From the human T2T-CHM13v2.0 reference genome, Homo sapiens: 64,000 bases of DNA. Location of the stretch: assembly GCF_009914755.1 (NCBI RefSeq), contig NC_060938.1. The stretch is one strand, 5' to 3'. Below are positions 28,996-51,149 of this stretch, piece by piece. The position numbers and the translations under genes are program-made. A model generated the notes under the pieces. It was not told the DNA's origin and searched no databases. It was given only the letters and a program-made list of their open reading frames with translations. Every line of letters begins with the position of its first letter. Position 1 is the stretch's first letter.

Positions 28996-29685
28996 CTTTG
29001 GCATGTCAGAATTATTTCATAGAGATCTTCAAAGATGTTCATATACATATTTCACTTTAATGGGTCTTACTGCATTGTAGGTTATGCTATATTTAATTAG
29101 TCCCTAATTGATGGACATCGAGGTTTCTGATTTTTCAGAGACAGATGTTGTAGATAATAATATTATACATTTATCATTACAAGTTTATAAGTTTTTTATA
29201 ATGTAAGATTACTATCTGTAGAATTTTGGGGTCAAGGGTATATGAACTTAAAAATTTTAATAGATAATTTACTTTCCAATAAGGATGTATTAATTAATAT
29301 TCCCACCTTCATTGGGTATTAGCTTTTTAGCTTTACAAGTTCTTTTGAATATACTTCTTGAGTTACACAGGATCCTTTTATTAGGATTCTTTATTGCAAA
29401 TGAGAGTTACTGAGCTCAAAATTAGCTTAAGTGAAGAGGGAAACTTACATAGCCATAGATTACAGAGGAGGAGCTGACTTAAGGGACTCAAATAATGTGA
29501 TCGGGAAGAAATGTAATCATGAACTCTTACTCTCCATTTCAGTGCTCTGTTTTCTGAGTATGTTGCAGGCTGACTTTCTTCTTATAGTCAGAATTGTGAG
29601 GTTATAGAGGAGGGGTAGATTGAGAAGTTATAGTAATAGTTTCATGTTTCCCCTTCCCAATTAGTGAGTCCAGAGGAAATATTTT

Positions 29686-30236
29686 CTTTTTTTTTTTAAA
29701 CTTTTATTTTAGTTTCAAGGGTACATGTGCAGGTTTGTTATATAGGTAAACTCATGTCAGAGGGGTTGTTTTACAGATTATTTCATCACCTAGCTACTAA
29801 GCCTGGTACCCAATAGTTATTTTTCCTGCTTATCCCTCTTCCCACCCCCTACCCTCAAGCAGGCCCCAGTGTCTGTCGTTCCCTTCTTTGTGTCCATGAG
29901 TTCTTTTAGCCCCCACTTATAAGTGAGAACATCTGGTATTTGGTTTTCTGTTCCTACATTAGTTTGCTGAGGATAATGACCTCCAGCTCCATCCATGTTC
30001 CCACAAAAGACATGATCTCATTTTTTTTATGGCTGCATAGTATTCCATGATGTATGTATACAAACCACATTTTCTTTATCCAGTTTGCCATTGGTGGGCA
30101 TTTAGGTTGATTCCATGTCTTTGCTATTATGAATAGTGCTACAGTGAACATTCATGTGTATGTGTCTTTATGGTAGAATGATTTCTATTTCTCTGGGTAT
30201 ATACCCAGTAATGGAATTGCTGGGTTAAATGGTGGT
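29686..30236 (-). mobile_element. Truncated old L1PA 3' end (L1PA13-16-like)
   Basis: ORF2 C-terminus MFTVALFIIAKTWNQPKCP; poly(T); TSD cagaggaaat(a/t)tttt at 29671 and 30237. Confidence 0.88.
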
Positions 30237-30434
30237 CAGAGGAAATTTTTTTTTTCTCGTGACATTTGTATATAAACTTCCAGGATGCTCACCTGGCATG
30301 ACTCACATGTCAATTTTGGAGCCCGTCATTGTAACCAGGAGGTTGAGGCTTGATTGGCCAGGTCTGTATCACATATCCATCCTTGGGAGTGGGGATACTA
30401 AATAGGTAACCTCACCAGAATCACATAGAGAGAG

Positions 30435-30810
30435 TATCTTAGTGTGGGCTGCTATAGCAAAATACTTAGACTGGGTAATTTATAAATAACAGAAATTTAT
30501 TTCTTACAGTTCTGGAGGCCGGGAAGTCAAAGATCAAGGCACTAGCAGATCTGGTCTGGTGAGGGCCTGTTCCTCAGGGACAATGCCTTCTTAACTGTGG
30601 CTTTCTAGCTATGTCCACATATGTTGGAAGGGCAAGAGGGCTCCCTCAAGCCTCTTTTATGAGGGCACTAATCCCATTTATGAGGGTGGACCCCTTGTGA
30701 CCTAATCTCCTCCAAAGGTTCTACTTCTTTAAGACCATCACAGGGTGGGGTGGGATAGGGGGTCTGGTTTCAACATTTTGGAGGGGGACGCACACATTCA
30801 GACCACAGCA
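30435..30810 (-). mobile_element. MLT1A-type MaLR solo LTR
   Basis: gctgctatagcaaaatac...cacattcagaccacagca; near-TSD gagag/gaggg. Confidence 0.8.
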
Positions 30811-33490
30811 GAGGGAACAAGGGAAGTCTTTAAAAGGAGAGGAGTTTCTGTCACTAAAAGGGGAAAAGTGTGCTGAGCAAGCAGACAACTTTTTTTTTAG
30901 AGGGTCCCTGAAGTCTTGATGCCTTTTTGCTTCATTCTTTTTTTCCCTGAGAATGTAGTTCATTATATCAGTCACTGTTTCTTCTTTCTCCTGCTTCTGC
31001 CATGAAAATGCTCCTCTGGCAGATAGTTTCAAATTGGAATTGGAATAAGTTAGGGTGTGGCAATCAATGGCTTAAACCTAGGCCCCTGTGATGTGAAGGG
31101 TGGTTAATTTGTATATCAGGAGAACTCACAATGATTGACCTCCACTTTTTCATACTCTATATAAAAGAGTGGTTCTCTAAAGACATTTTAGAATAGTAAT
31201 ACACACATAATTGAAATATTTTACCCATTTTTTAAAGAGCCCTTTATGTTGCTTTATTTTGAATTTATGATCACCTATGGGTCTTAGTCTTTTTTTCTAC
31301 AAATGGTGCCTCCCAGTGTTTCCTAAATTTTGTTCTAGCAACACTTGTCCGGGAGATGTTATAGTATGTATTATATGAAAATGCTTTTACATGATCAAAT
31401 AAATGTGGAAAGTGCCATATAATGCATCCCTCCATTTGGAGATTCACAGTATATGAAGGCATATTAAAGATGTGAGTAATAATTGTGGAACCTCTTAACC
31501 TGTATTTAGTCTAGTGCTTCCAAATTTATTTGAAAATTAAACACTTTTTCAAGATACACCTGAGTTCTGTTCAACACCTTTTTAGGAAATGGTGGTCTTT
31601 CCCCTGCAGATGATCTCTTGAAAATCTGTGTATGATTTTTATATGTATTCTTTTACTTTTTTTGCTGTAAAAATAATGGTTTTTCTACAATAATCTTTAT
31701 TGTGAAAATTAATTATTTTACCCTGGATTTACCTTTAAAATATATAATTTTTTTTTCTAATCACCACCTCTTTTTTTGTTTGTCCTTTTTTTTCCTGTTA
31801 AAATGTTGACTGAATATATTCTTATTTGATTCTGAAAATCTATGATAGCAAAGACTAGAAACTGACCAGTCTTGGTTCTGTTACCACTATGTGGGGAAAG
31901 AACACTGGATGAAATTCTATTTTGGATTTTTTCAGTGGGAGTTTAGTATCATTATTTGTAAAATGGAAAGTTGAGTAGATGATCTCTAAAATCCCCTTCA
32001 GCTCTAAAATTTTATTAATCCTAAATCTGAGGAACATGCCTCATGTTTACCATTCCATCATTGCTGAAATCTATTAGTGACGGCAAAATTATTGATCTAA
32101 AGTGTTTTCCTTCAAACAGGAAAAATTACTAGAAAAAGACACAGACATTCATAACAAGTGTAAATGAAAATAAATGTCTGTTACTTCCACTGCACAATAT
32201 GTGCAATTTTATTTCATTCAATATCATGTGCTACAGAGGTTCAAATTGCTAAATATATAGACCTTAGAAAAAATTATATGAACTTAAGTGTAATGACAGA
32301 TTCCCACAATCAAGCTTAGAAGAATAATAGTGATTAAGGGGTATTTGAAGTATTACTTTTTCTTTTTAAATTTAAAATGTATTGCTACACTAGAGATCTG
32401 GAAAACAAAAAATTAGCACTCCCTCCAAAATAGTTATTATTTTGCTATTGTAAATTTAAAATAAAGCTGTTGTAAAATAAGACATAATACCTTTGATGAA
32501 CAATATTATGTTTTAGGTTCACACAGATACTCAGAATAGTAGGTGGGCTCTGGATTAGACCACCTGGGTTTATACCTAAGTGAAGTTTTTAGAGTTACTT
32601 CTCTAAGCTTTAGTTTTTTTCATCTGTCAAATGGAAAATAATACTAATATGCCTGCCTTAGAGGGTTGTTGTGGTAAGTGAGATAATGAAGTAAACCTTT
32701 AATGAGTGTGCCCACATACTAAATATTCATGAAATGTTTGTTGTGTATTATAATACATTTGAATATAATTACCTTAATAAACAGGGCAACAGAAGCAACC
32801 TGTACAACTTTTGGGTATCTGACCTCAATCTTGGTGTATCCCCATGCCCTTTTCCCACTATTTTATCTTATTTTAGCAACATCATTAAGGTTCAATACTG
32901 AACTGGGGTTCTGCTTGATCTAAATTCTTGTCTTCCAGCTTAAGTTTTGGGCAGTTAGAGTTAGAAGATGCTATTTGTAGTGTAGTAACTAACAGCAAGA
33001 ATTTGAGATTTTTGAGATATAGGTTTAAAGTAAAGTATGTATGGAAGACTGCCTCTGATAGTCTCTAAGGCTTGTTAAGACCTGTGGAGAAAATTCACAT
33101 ACATATATGTGGGTACTATGGTTATGGAATACTAAGTGTTCTAGTTAAAAAGTTAAAGTACCCTAGTTAAAAAGGTGTTTTTAAAGTTTGAAATATTATG
33201 CAACTGGGGCAGTAATGCAGGGTGGTAAAGTGATAGTAAAATAAAATATTTATATAGATGATTGTTGATTTGTAGTAGAGGAACTTTAAATTAGTAGATG
33301 AGGACCTTATATGTTTGAGGTTAAATAAACAATGATTTGGGGCATAAGGGAAATAAATATTATGTATAAAAGGGAAAAGATACTTTTAGAACTATCAGAT
33401 GCTAAAAGAGAATCTATCAAATTTAGAGCATTGACAAAGATAAGTTTTGGTAGAAAAGTTTGGGAATCATTAATTTAGTTTTTTAAAAAA

Positions 33491-39903
<6,413 letters not shown>

Positions 39904-39938
39904 AACTCAGCCCACTGTTTTCTTGTTTGTTTGTTAGA

Positions 39939-40230
39939 TTTTTTTTTTTTTTTTTTTTGATACGGAGTCTCTCTCTGTTCCCCAGACTGGAGTGCAGTGG
40001 TGCTATCTCAGCTCACTGCAGCCTCCGCCTCCCAGGTTCAAGTAATTCTCTTCCCAAATAGCTGGGATTACAGGCACCTGCCACCATACCTGGCTGAGTT
40101 TTGTACTTTTAGTAGAGAAAGGGCTTCGTCATGTTGGCCAGGCTGGTCTTTAATTCCTGACCTCAGGTGATCCACCCGCCTTAGCCCCCCAAAGTGCTGG
40201 GATTACAGGCATGAGACACCATGCTTGGCC
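39939..40230 (-). mobile_element. AluSx with a small internal deletion
   Basis: Reverse dimer; the usual ctgcctcagcc segment is missing near 40050. Confidence 0.92.
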
Positions 40231-40262
40231 AAATTTAGGTTTATACTGGACTTGGATTTTCA

Positions 40263-40440
<178 letters not shown>

Positions 40441-40827
40441 TTGTCAATTATGCATCACAATGAAACATTCATTTCTGATTTTTAGCACAATTCAGGAGTA
40501 GGTCATATAATACATGACAAACTCAAAGATGAATAATGCAGTCTTCCCAAATAGTAGAAACTTTTAAGCAGCTGAATGGTAATGGATCTAATTTTGTTAT
40601 TTTATTGTTTTTCTGTCTATGAGTGATATATTGGTCTGACCATAGCCTGACTTGTTAACAAACAATACAGCTCAACTCAATATGTAGTGTATCATGTACT
40701 TTGCATGGTGTTAGGCTAAAACTACTAAGTATTTATAATGTTATGCTTTAAGTATGATTAGTTGATTGTAAAATGGTTCACATTTTAAGGTATTTTTATA
40801 TTGAAACCCTTGCCAAGTACTGTATGA

Positions 40828-41052
40828 CAGGGTTTTCAAAACTTTTTTAGTAAAAGACTAGATAGTGAATTTTTAGGCTTTGTGAGCTGTATATGATTTC
40901 TCTCACAACTATTCAGCTCTGCCCTTGTAGCATGAAAGCAGCTGTAGACAGTGTATAAATGAATGAGCATTATAGTGTCCCACCGAAATTTTAGTTATAA
41001 AAAGAAATGGCAGGCCAGAATTGGTCTAAGGGCTGTAGTTTGCCAACTCCTA
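40828..41052. mobile_element. MER58A (hAT-Charlie)
   Basis: cagggttttcaaaacttttt...gggctgtagtttgccaactcct. Confidence 0.75.
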
Positions 41053-41119
41053 CTCAAGACGTAGCCTGTTGTAAGGGAAATATAATTCCAAGTTACCTGC
41101 ATGTGAATCGAACTTTTAT

Positions 41120-41560
41120 ATTAGTTAACATTTGCATTACAAAACATCACAAAATTTAGTTACTTGAAACTACGATTTAGTATTTTTCACATTTCTGTGA
41201 ACTAATTTGGTTCTGCTTCCGGTGGCATTTGTTGGGGTTCTGATAGAGCTGTGATATCTGGAGGCTCAACTGGGATTGTTGGCCAGGGCTTTGGTTCTCC
41301 TACATGTGGGTCTTTCTATATGGCTGATTCCTTAGCCTCATGGTGTGATAGTTGGGTTATAAGAAGTATTCTAAGAGCAAGCATTGTGAGACAGAGGAAG
41401 CAGAAGATGCCAGGCCAAGGGATAGGCCTGAAACTTTCACAGCATCACTTCTGCCATTATTCTGTTGGTCAAATAGTCACAGGCTCAGCCCAGAGTCTTT
41501 GTGGGAAGAGACTACCCAAGGGTGTAAATGCTAGGAAGCATGGTTAATTGAGGATATTCA
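41120..41560 (-). mobile_element. MLT1-type MaLR LTR remnant
   Basis: cacagcatcacttctgccattattctgttggtcaaatagtcacagg motif. Confidence 0.6.
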
Positions 41561-44500
41561 AACTATCCTCAGTATATCATGAGATTGTTTTGGTTGCAAG
41601 TGACAACTCAAATTGAACTAGCTTTAGTAAAAGGGAACAATTATTATAAGAATATTGGGGTGTCTGCCTCACAAAACCCAAACACAAGATTGGGTCCTAG
41701 GAACATTGGACCCAGGGTTGAAGATTCCCGAGGACTGTTTCTCATCTTTGCTCTACCCTGTAAGTAGTCTTCATTTTCTCTTATCACAAACTTCCCTTCT
41801 CCACTTTGGGAAAAACAGTGTCAACACTTCCCTAATTATTTACATATTACCATTTTAGCCATTCAGAGGACTGACTTTATTTTTGCAGTGTTTCTAAAAT
41901 GTTTGAGGAAGAATGCTGATTGTCCTAGATCAGTCATCTGTGATCAGAGGATAGAGCTTAGGTTCTACAAACCATGTTGGCAGGAACAGGATCAGTTAAC
42001 ATCAAAGGGATGCTGAGTGTGTAGTCCCCGAATAGTCAGTCCACTTGCCTTCTCCCTAGCCATCTATTTGTTAACAAGTTAATAATTTGTTAATTAATAA
42101 ATGTTTTTTTCCCCATTACAGGCCTAATTTACTTCTTTATTCAGCTCTCTGCCTATGGCTATTTCATTGTTCTACTGGTGTGTAAGCAAAAGTAAGAACT
42201 GAAATTAATTCAGTATCTTGAATATTTATTGTAATCTCTTCCTGCTTTGAGTAGAGGATGGCAGCTTTTAGTATCTGCTATCTTACTTTGCCACCATAAA
42301 CATAGAATAGTATGTAAAGATGATCTTACTCTGTTGCCACCATTGATTTCCAGGTTTGACTTAGCTGATCTGGTTGGCTGAATGGGTATATCCTTCCTTT
42401 GGAAAGGGACCACGTGCATACATGAAAGCAAGTAGCTAAAATACAGAATGAAATAAAAGCTGTAATAGAAGTACAAGCAACATGCCGTGGGTGCACAGAG
42501 GAAGGAACAATTAATTTTGACTGAATGGCTGTAGGAGGGATGGCATTTTAAGGAAGGTAGTGTTTCAGTAAGGCCTGGAAGAATGAATAACTTATCCTTA
42601 GAAAAGAAAGGGAAGGTAATCTGGCTGTCAAGTTTCTCATCTGCTGAAACGGTGGTACCAGAGTGTCTAGGCTAAAGTAGATGAACTTAAATATAGGTAT
42701 AGGACATTCAGGATAAATGGCAGCATGCAGTTGTCTGATTTTAGCCATCTTAAATTGGAATTACAGGAGTGAACACAGTTTTGTTACAGTTACGCCTTAG
42801 GTGACTATCTGGTAATTTGAAATTTGAGACTTCAGTTTTTAAAATTAAGCAGTTTATTTCAAATACTCAGATTTTTGGATATAGGAAGAAATTTAAGGAT
42901 TATCTATACTAACACACTCTAGTAGGTAAAGAAACTAAGACCTAGTTAGATGATTTATTTGAGCTTACGTATCTAAATGACTGAGTTGGGGCTAAAATAC
43001 CTTTCTCCTGGTCTTGGGTATTTTTGAAGAATTATCCAGTGTATCCTTTATTGTAAGAAGATTTTCTCCAAGTATACATCCATATGAATTGCTTGCTGTA
43101 GTAGCAATTTTTAAATTTGAGATATAACATGCATATAGTAAAATGTACAGATGTTAATTGTATAGCATGGTGAGTTTTTTATGTGTACAAACTCTTACAA
43201 TTAACACTCAGATCAAGATGTAGAACATCTCCAGCACTCCAGAAGCCTCTCCTTCATGGTTTTCACAGGTTAACTAATATCCACTTCTCCTGTCACTCCC
43301 AAGTAATTATTATTCTGATTTTTATTATCATAGATTAGTCTTTCCTGTTCTTGCACTTCATGTAAAGGGAATGACTTCTTTCGTTTATTATGGTTATGAC
43401 ATTCATCCATGATGTTGGTATACCTTGGTTCTTTTTATTGCTATGTAGTGTTTCATTGAATGAATGGATCATTATTTATTCTTCTGTTAATGGACATTTG
43501 AATTGTTTCTAATTTTTGACTTACAAAGAAAACCTGCTATGAATATTCTCGTGTATTTCTTTTTATGAATATATTGTTTCATTTTTAAGAGTATAATTGT
43601 TGGATGGTTGTCTTCCAAAGTGGCTGTACCATTTTACATCCCCACCAGCAATGTAGGAGGGTTTGAGTAGTTCTACATTTTTGTCAATATTGTGTATTGT
43701 CAGTCTTTTTAATTTCAGTCATTCTGGTCAGTGTGCACTGGCTTCTCCTTTTCATTTCCCAGGCAAATAATGATGGTGATCACCTTTTAATATTAATTTT
43801 TGACATATTTTAAAGTTATTCTGTCTTTGTCTTATGGATTTATAGGAATTCCTTATGTATTCTGAATATGAGACCTTTGCATGGCAAATTTCTTCTCCCA
43901 GTCTGAGGCTAGTCATTTCACTCTCTTAATAGTGTATTATAATAAATAAAAGTTTTCAATTCTAATGAACCTTAACTTATCAAGTTTGCTTTTTATGGTT
44001 TAGTTGGTTTGTTAATGTTTTGTTTAAGAAATCTTTGCCTATTACAGGATCATGAAAATATTCTCCAAAGTTTTCTTTTTGAAATTGTATTACTTTCTTT
44101 TTTACTCAAAGCTCTATGATGCATTTCAAATTATCTTATAATGAATGATGTGAGGTAAAAACCAGGAATTTTTAAAATAAAACATAGGATATTCAATTGA
44201 TTTGGCCCCATTTTTTGAAAAAAAAATTGCCCTTAAACCATTGGATTATAGAACACTTTTGATATAAATCAGGTGAGTCTTACTAGAGTGTATATGCTCT
44301 TCCACTGGTCTATTTATGTACAAATACTACCCTGTCTTAATTACTGTAGCTCTATACTAAATCTTGGTATCTGGTGGTATAAGTTCCTTCAATTTTATTT
44401 CTTCTTCAACATTTTTTTTTTGGTGGGTATACTCTATCCTTTGTGTTTCCATATACATTTAGAATCATATTTCAGTGAAAACAAAACTGTTAATATTATG

Positions 44501-45094
44501 ATTGGGATTGCATTGAGGCTATAGATCAATGTGGGGAGAATTGGCATCTTAACAATATAGAGTCTTCTAGTCCATGAACATGGATTATCTATCCATTTAC
44601 TTGGGTCTTTAAGTTCTTTCAGCAGTATTTTTTGGTTTACAATGTAGAGGTTTCGCATATCATTTGTTAGCGTTATGGCTAGCTATTTTAATGTTTTGAA
44701 AGTGCTATTGTAAATGGTATTCGTTATTTAAATTTCATTTTGAATTGTTTAATACATAGAATTACAGTTGTATTTTTATCTTATAAGCAGCAACCCGCTA
44801 AATTTGCTTATTTTTAATATTTAATATTTTATAGATTTTTTGTATTTCCTATGCAAACAACCAAATCATCTGAGAATAGTAACTATTTTACTTATTTCTT
44901 TCCAGTCTTTATAATTGTTTCTTTGTTTTCCCTTATTGCAATGGCCAAGGCTTCTAGAACAATGTTTAATTGAAATAGTCTCACTCCTAAACTTAGGGGA
45001 AAATGTTCAATATTTACCAATTATGATGTTAGTTGTAAGTTTTATAGGTAACCTTTATCAGATTAAAGAAGTTCTTATCTATTCCTAGTTTTCT

Positions 45095-45234
45095 TTTCTT
45101 TTTTGAAAAAAATTTTATAGAGAGAGGGCCTTGCTCTGTTGCCCAGACTGGCCTTGAACTCCTGGCTCAAATGATATTCCCACCTCGGCCTCCCAAAGTG
45201 CTGGGATTACAGGTGTGAGCCACTGCGCCCAGTC
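45095..45234 (-). mobile_element. Alu left monomer (FLAM_C-like)
   Basis: Single arm, flanked by tagttttct. Confidence 0.8.
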
Positions 45235-46751
45235 TGATAGTTTTCTAAATCATGAATAGGTGGTAAACTTTGTCAAATTTTTTGCTTTTGTTGAGATAAA
45301 TCATATGGTTGTATCCTTAATTCTGTGATGTGGTGAATTACATTGATTGATTTTTAAATGTTAAACCAACTTTATACTCCTAGGATAAACGTTACTTTGT
45401 CATAATGTATTGTCCCTTTTATGTACCATTAGATTCAATTTGTTAATATTCTCTTTAGAATTTTTACATCTATTCATGAAAGATATTGGCCTGTAATAGT
45501 CCTTTATTATAATATTTTTGTCAGATTTTGTTATCAATGTTTGTTAGCCTTGTAAAAAGAATTGGGAAGTCTCTCTCTGTTTTATTTCAAAGTGTTTGTG
45601 ATAGATTGATACGTTTCATGTGTACTTGAATTGGGAAGTCTCTCTCTTTTTTATTCTCTGAAAGCATTTGTGATTGATAGATTCATACACTTCATGTGTA
45701 CTTGAATGTTGATTCTGCAGTCTTTGGTGTTAATGTTCTTTGTCAGTAAGGTCATATTGGTTAATCAAGTTGTTCAAATCTTCAAATGACTGATTTCTTT
45801 TTTCCTGTTCTCTCAGTTTTGAGAGTAGTGTCTTAAAATTATAAACTATGACTGTAGTTTTGTTGACTTTTAGTTCTTTCAGTTTTCCCCTCATGTAGTT
45901 GGAAGCTCTTACTAGGTGAATTAAAACTTGGCATTGTTATTTTACGGTTGAAATGACCTTTTTGTCATTATGAAATGACCTTCTTTATCTCTGGTAATAT
46001 TTCTTGCCTTCAAGTCTACTTTTACCTTCTATTAATATAGTCACTCTTTCTTTTCATCAATACTTCCATGGTATGATTTTTTCTTCTTTTTAGTTCAGCC
46101 AATCTATATTCTTGTATTTACAGTATATCTCTTGGAAATGTCATATAGTCAGGTCATGTTTGTTTTATCTAGTTTGACAATCTTTGTGCTTTAGTTGTAA
46201 TAGGTATTCTATTTACATTTAATGTGGTTACTAGTATAGTTGGGCATAAATCTTTTATCTTACTGTTTCTTTTCTATTTGTCCCATCCATACTTTGGGTG
46301 TTTAAATTTCTTTCCTGCCTGTATTATTTGTCAGGTTTTCTAAACTCCATTTTGGCTCATTAGCTTTTCAGTTATACATTCTTCTGTGGTTATTTTTTAG
46401 TTATCTTAGAGATTTTAATAAATCTTGATTTTTTTTAGTGTATCTTAATGTTTTACCACTTCCCAAACAATGCAAAACTTAGGACAGTTTAACTTTGTTT
46501 ATTCCCTCCTGCCCTTTGTGCTATTTTTTTCATATTTTATTTCAATATATGATACAAACCACATAATTTTTTTGTAAACAGTTAATATTCTTTTATATTT
46601 ATCCACATGTGTACCCTTTCTAATGCTCATAATTCATTTTTACAGTTCTTTGCTACCATCCAGGATAATTTTCCTTTAGCCTGAAAAAATTCCTTTAATA
46701 TTTCTTGTAGTGCCAGTCTCTTTGAGGCAGATTTTCTCAGCTTTTGTCTGA

Positions 46752-47115
<364 letters not shown>

Positions 47116-48393
47116 TGAATCTTTTATTCTTATAGCACTTCAGATATGTAATTCCTTTGTTTTTCCTTATTGTTGCTCCTTTAAGGAGTGTGCGTTTTTT
47201 TGGCTGCATTTAAGATTTTTATTTTTGTCTTTAGTTCATTAATAGTTTGTATGGTGCCTAGGCATGGGTTTCTTTGCATTTATCATGTTTGGGGTTTGCT
47301 GGGTTAATGGTTTTTTTTTTATCAGCCTTGGAAAAATTTGTATTTTATATCTTTATATTTTGCTTCTACCCCAATCTCTCTCTCCTCTAAACTGTGTTAG
47401 GCGTTTTGACTGTCCCACATGTCTCATGTGGTTATTCTGTCTTTTCTCTCTGTGGTTCAATTTTGTATTTTTTGTTGAGCTATTTTTTAAACTTACAATT
47501 TCTCTCCTCTTCTGTGCCAGGTTGAATAACCTATCCAATAAGTTTTAATAGCTTATTTTCTCAGCTCTAGGAAGTTTTATTATTTTTAAATAGGTTTCCT
47601 TTTTTGTTGATTATCTCCATCCTTTTATAAATTTTATTCATTTTTTTTCCTTCCCTTTCATTAGCCTATGGATAATGGCTATTTTAAAGCCATTGTCTCC
47701 TAACTCCACTATCAGTGTCATCTCTAGCTTTGCTTTTAGTCTTGATTACAGGTCATTTTTTCTTGTTTTTTTTTTTTCACATATATTGTATGTGAAAAAC
47801 ATACAATATATGTTTTGAAATACAATATATGAAATTAATAAATTTCACATTTATTATATGCTGAAACTTGTAATAATTTATGTAGAGGCTGAAGGTGATA
47901 TCTTCCACCAGAGATGATTCCCCTTTTTAGTTGTTAGGCCAATTTAATTAGAGTTTTATTAGGGTCAGTCTGCATTGCAGTTTTAGTAAGATTTAGTCTA
48001 TCTCTGGTTTGTCTCCATTGACATACTCAGATTTTTGATTGAAAGACTGTCAGATTTCTTCTCCACAGCCCTGAAAGACTGCAGGAGATCTAATTCTGTT
48101 CTTTAGAGGTTTTGAGATTAGCCCGGTAATCTCTTGGTTTATTTACAGTGCTTTAAATTCATGCAAATGTGGGAGGTCTGTCATGTGTTTTTTGCGGTTT
48201 GTCCCCTGTTTCTAGGAAGGCTTTTTTTCTGGTAAGCACTGTAATACTGAGGGAGATTTCACTCTGCCCTTCTAGCACGTCTCCCAGCCTCCTTCATTAC
48301 TTAGAATTCAGCAAATGTTCCTTTCAACCTTGCATTTGGGGCTTTCTAGTTTTCAGACTACTGCATGAAAAAGCTCAGCTGCTTTCTACTTTC

Positions 48394-48704
<311 letters not shown>

Positions 48705-49015
48705 TGCTTTCTACTTTCACCAGTGGAGTCTTTCTGTCTGGGCCAATCTCAGTTCTCAGTCTCTGTCCAGAATTTTCAAATGCTCCCAGGAAATAAAATA
48801 GGAGATGGTTATCTGCACACCTAGGAAGGGCTCTTCTCTTTCTAGAATTTCAGTTCATCTACTTCTTGTTCTTTCATAAGCACTCTGGTGTCTTAAAAAT
48901 TGGATTGAAATTCATCTTTTTCTAGTTGTTGAAGCATTAAAATAACTGCTGTCCTTAAAGTTTGAAACAGCAAAATCTATTTGTTTTTCTGATTATAAAA
49001 GTAATACACAATGTA

Positions 49016-49446
49016 TTGTGTACTTCTGCTAAGTTATGCTGCATAACAAATGACCTCTATTTCAGCAGCTCACAACAACAATTGCTTATTTTTGCTCTTG
49101 CTTCATGTTGGCTGAAGGTTGGCAGTGGCTCTGCTCGTGCTCCACATATCTTCTAATTCTGAGATCCAGGCTAGAGAACAACTTCTATTTGGGCCATGCT
49201 GTTCTTGTAACAGAGGGAAAAAAGAAAATGATTTGGCAGGAATACACAGTGGCTCTTAAAACTTCTGCTTGGATGTTTGTTTATATACCATTGGCCAAAG
49301 CAAACCAGTGGCCAAGGCCAAAGTCAGTGGAGCAGGGATGTTACTCTTATGGGAGTGCTGTCAGTTACATAGGAACAGGTGTGGATGATGCTCCTTTTGA
49401 AGGAAAGTGGAGTGAATAATTACAAATTGTGATAGAATCCACCACA
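49016..49446 (-). mobile_element. MLT1-type LTR remnant
   Basis: ttatgctgcataacaaatgacc...ccattggccaaagcaaacc...atccacca. Confidence 0.55.
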
Positions 49447-49754
49447 CATGCTAATTGAAAATAAATTAAATAGAGATGTATAATGTTTATAGTAGAATTC
49501 TTCCTTCTGTCTTCCGTGATAATCAGTGATGATACTTTGGTGTATGTTCAGGACTGAAACCTTCTTATTGTGCTAACTTGATGGTTTCTTTAAAAATAAT
49601 AGTCTTGACATAAATTATGAATAAGACTTGTTTTTTTAGCCATATACTCAGAAGAACACTAGAGTTCTCCAACTGGCTACGCTTAGTTCTTGCTTTGCCA
49701 GGTAGTCCCACGCTTACTATAATGTTCAATTTAGAGTTCTAAGTATAAAATATT

Positions 49755-50231
<477 letters not shown>

Positions 50232-51149
50232 TGAAATATCTTTAACACAAGTTTGGGTCTGATCCATGGCATGTTAGTGTCATCACTTTTTCATTCTCTG
50301 AGAGAAAGATAAGAAAAATGGAATTCTAAGATTTTGTAAAGGATATGTGTTTTTAAGGGAGAAGGTACTAGAAATAATAAAAGTCAAGAACCAAAAGTTC
50401 TTAGGTCAATTATTTTGACCTAAATATATTTCACAATAGAGGTTCAAGTGGGTTAACTAGACTCCCTGTTAGAACAAAAATACCTATGAAGAAGGTTAAG
50501 TTTATATAGTCATTTATTTGTATAAATATTTTTCTATTCAGAGCAATTCTTAGTGGTTCAGATTTTTATGAAGGAGATCGATCTGCAGAGAAATGTGAAA
50601 GTGATTTTGTACAAATGGTGGGATATGGCAAGATTCAGTATCATTTGGAAGTTTGGACACTGACAGGCTCTGAGCATTGGACACTGAGGGAGAGGGAGGT
50701 ACACGAGGCCTGGTAAAATAGTTTAACTTTTAGTTTTGCATTAGGTTCATCCTTTTGGAGGTTAGTATGCCGATGAAAAACAAATTCACAGAGCAGCTTG
50801 GTGCTGTCAGTACCATGGACAGAATGATGTGAATGAGACACATCTGGATTTAGATTCTGTTCCATTTGTGTCATTCATATGCTTTGTGATTTGGGCAACT
50901 TAATTAAGTCTTGTTTATGACACAGATGATAATTAACGTATTGATCTTAGCATCTTTTAAGTGTTCCTTTGTTCCTTGAGTCATCACTTTCTCTTCTGTC
51001 CAACTTAAATTTTATAGTATTTTGTTATCTATGATTTGCATTCTCAACTTCCTTGCATATACCCTCAGCTTTCTTGTCTCACTCTCACTTAAGTCCAGCT
51101 TAAATCCAGCCATTTTTAAACTTTAAGTTAGTATCTGTTAGTGTCTAAA

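Noticed and set aside
40615-40640. tgagtgata resembling the start of GPHN exon 2
   Set aside because: No acceptor AG in place and the translation does not continue as SDSCFRN.
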